From the IMG/VR virus record IMGVR_UViG_3300050139_000074, positions 1-58,829 of that record: a stretch of 58,829 nucleotides of DNA; one strand, 5' to 3'. Numbering within the stretch: the stretch's first letter is position 1; every line of letters starts with the position of its first letter. Below the pieces are notes generated by a model. The model was given only the letters and a program-made list of their open reading frames with translations, searched no databases and was not told the origin of the DNA. A program made the position numbers and the translations under genes. The stretch is from a virus. Lineage: Duplodnaviria > Caudoviricetes. This document shows positions 56,882 through 58,829 of the stretch, in pieces.

Positions 56882-57808
56882 ATGGGCCGAAACAGGGACG
56901 ACAACAAGAAGCGGTTGATTTTGGACAGGTTCAAAGCGCTCCAAAAAGAGATGACTGTGGGCGATGGTCTTATTATAGACGCTCTCGCTAGAGAGTTCGG
57001 GGTTACAGCCAACACTATTCGCTACCACATGAAGACACCTGGGTCTGGTGATATGCGTCGTAGATACTCTGACGAGGAGTTATCCAAGGTAGCCTTGTTC
57101 AGCCCAAGCGAGCGCAAGGATTACGCCACCCGGTGTGGTATCACCACCAAGAATCTGCGTGACGCGCTATTCTCTTGGAACCGCAGACAACGCCTATGCG
57201 TTACTCCTTTGGGCAATGCTGCTACGTTGGGCGAGGTGACTGCTCGTGGGTATATGAACTTCAGTTCCCGCAGAGACTTGGCAGCGGTGCAGCTCACGCT
57301 CCAAGATGTACGCAATGCAAGAACCGCGATCAGTAGCAAGTATAATTTATCCCTGCGAGCCCCGAACTACATCTACCACTCCAAGACCCGAAGATATTAT
57401 GCATTGTCACTGCTAGAGCAGATCCCGTTCATTAAGAGCCCTATCAAGTTCTTGGCGGAACGCGCTGCGCATATAGCAGCCAACTGGGTGGTCAAGACAG
57501 CGGTGGAAGAAACGGCGGAGCTTTATAATAACTCAGAGCTGAGGCTCAAGCGCGTCAACATGAGCAGGGCGCGGGCCTCCGCGGACTCCTTGGGGTTCGC
57601 TGACAATGTGCGAGGGACAAAGGAGTACGCCGCCTCTACAACAGAGGAAACTCGCCGGATGCAGAGGGACGCGGAGCACATCGTAGATAAATGGGAGTCC
57701 AGAGTCAAGGATCTCACCGAGTTTGCAGAGGACACATTCACGCCGAAGAACGAGAAAGAGTGGGGCGCGGCGTTGCTTTCATTTGAGGAGGTGGTGGTAG
57801 ATGGCTAA
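56882..57808 (+). CDS. basic protein with N-terminal HTH
   Basis: IDALAREFGVTANTIRYH; start reassigned downstream of promoter. Confidence 0.7.
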   Translation: MGRNRDDNKKRLILDRFKALQKEMTVGDGLIIDALAREFGVTANTIRYHMKTPGSGDMRRRYSDEELSKVALFSPSERKDYATRCGITTKNLRDALFSWNRRQRLCVTPLGNAATLGEVTARGYMNFSSRRDLAAVQLTLQDVRNARTAISSKYNLSLRAPNYIYHSKTRRYYALSLLEQIPFIKSPIKFLAERAAHIAANWVVKTAVEETAELYNNSELRLKRVNMSRARASADSLGFADNVRGTKEYAASTTEETRRMQRDAEHIVDKWESRVKDLTEFAEDTFTPKNEKEWGAALLSFEEVVVDG

Positions 57809-58070
57809 AAGATCATTACTAATTGGTGATGTAGTTCGGTGCTACACTTGGGTGGAGCTCTTGGCGTCCAACCCTAAGTACTACGTTACATGTGACGATG
57901 AGATACACTTAGGTGCTGGTAAGTACTTCCCTCGGAGGCACGAGGAGCATGTTTGCGGAAAGGACGTAATGGTACGTGCCTTGTACCGTGGCAGGTTCGC
58001 CATCGAGGGGGACGAGGATCATTATTTCTTGAGGCATGTGATTAAAGAGAATCTCTCCAGGAGCGTATGA
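57801..58070 (+). CDS. hypothetical protein
   Basis: GAGGAGG RBS. Confidence 0.7.
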   Translation: MAKRSLLIGDVVRCYTWVELLASNPKYYVTCDDEIHLGAGKYFPRRHEEHVCGKDVMVRALYRGRFAIEGDEDHYFLRHVIKENLSRSV

Positions 58071-58258
58071 GATGCCATCATTAAGTGAGTGCCAGAGAGC
58101 GTACGACGCACAGGAATCACCAGATTATTATAAGCCTGACCACCCTGAGTGCGAGAAATGTAATGGGTTCATGGTGTGGAACGATGGGATTGAGGATTAT
58201 GTGTGTGAGGAGTGCACCGGAGCGGCTGCTCCGGAATAAAGATCTTAAATTTAAACGC

Positions 58259-58293
58259 TTGACAAACAGAGAAGGTGTGTTAAAGTCTTAACA
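58259..58293 (+). promoter_or_regulatory. sigma70-like promoter with overlapping palindromic operator
   Basis: TTGACA-16-TAAAGT; TGTTAAAGTCTTAACA at 58278-58293. Confidence 0.8.
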
Positions 58294-58315
58294 AATACAT
58301 ACTAGGAGGCGTCCG

Positions 58316-58829
58316 ATGAAAAAAGTACTGACAAAGCAGGTTTCAGAGTTGTATCATTTTATAGATGGTGAGCGCGTAGAAGGAGTAAGCTCCGGTCTCA
58401 GTGGTGACTGCTCCGATCTCAGTGGTGACTGCTCCGGTCTCAGTGGTAGCGTCTCCGGTCTCAGTGGTGACTGCTCCGGTCTCAGGGGTGACTGCTCCGG
58501 TCTCAGGGGTGACTGCTCCGGTCTCAGGGGTGACTGCTCCGATCTCAGGGGTGACTGCTCCGATCTCAGGGGTGACTGCTCCGATCTCAGGGGTGACTGC
58601 TCCGATCTCAGTGGTGACTGCTCCGGTCTCAGGGGTAACTGCTCCGGTCTCAGTGGTGACTGCTCCGGTCTCAGGGGTGACTGCTCCGGTCTCAGGGGTG
58701 ACTGCTCCGATCTCAGGGGTAACTGCTCCGGTCTCAGGGGTAACTGCTCCGGTCTCAGGGGTAACTGCTCCGGTCTCAGTGGTAACTGCTCCGGTCTCAG
58801 TGGTGACTGCTCCGGTCTCAGGGGTGACT
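58316..58829 (+). CDS. N-terminal part of Cys heptad-repeat protein (MKKVLTKQVSELYHFIDGERVEGV then repeats)
   Basis: AGGAGG RBS, ATG 58316, open to contig end, continues in frame at position 3. Confidence 0.85.
   Translation, partial: MKKVLTKQVSELYHFIDGERVEGVSSGLSGDCSDLSGDCSGLSGSVSGLSGDCSGLRGDCSGLRGDCSGLRGDCSDLRGDCSDLRGDCSDLRGDCSDLSGDCSGLRGNCSGLSGDCSGLRGDCSGLRGDCSDLRGNCSGLRGNCSGLRGNCSGLSGNCSGLSGDCSGLRGD
58389..58829 (+). repeat. 21-nt tandem repeat (~21 units), same family as 1..720
   Basis: Directly visible; 58698-58829 matches 1-132 at 131/132 positions. Confidence 0.98.

Overview
The window is an apparently complete (circularly permuted) ~58.7 kb genome of a podovirus-type tailed phage of a Gram-negative host; the contig is broken inside a 21-nt coding tandem repeat present at both ends. 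The + strand (56.9 kb through the junction to 18.5 kb) carries replication and DNA-metabolism genes: family A DNA polymerase, Cas4-like nuclease, dNMP kinase, VRR-NUC, SNF2 helicase, SSB-like protein, DHH phosphoesterase, primase-helicase and two DNA methyltransferases. The - strand (52.6 to 18.6 kb) carries terminases, a fibre/glycosyltransferase/lysis block, portal, scaffold, N4-gp56-like capsid, tail proteins and a 2446-aa polyvalent ejection protein, plus a short leftward early operon. No integrase, tRNA, CRISPR array or reverse transcriptase was recognised. Strongest unannotated signals: (1) a complete -1 frameshift cassette at the end of the portal gene that would add a 124-aa domain; (2) a Gly-X-Ser repeat fibre coupled to a methyltransferase/GT2/split-GT9 cassette, suggesting virion glycosylation; (3) a C5 methyltransferase with an overlapping-frame beta-subunit-like ORF and stacked TRD-like modules; (4) a Cys heptad-repeat protein missed by the ORF track; (5) three promoters sharing a palindromic operator; (6) a structured RNA upstream of the SSB-like gene. 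All protein calls are motif recognition by eye, not database searches.
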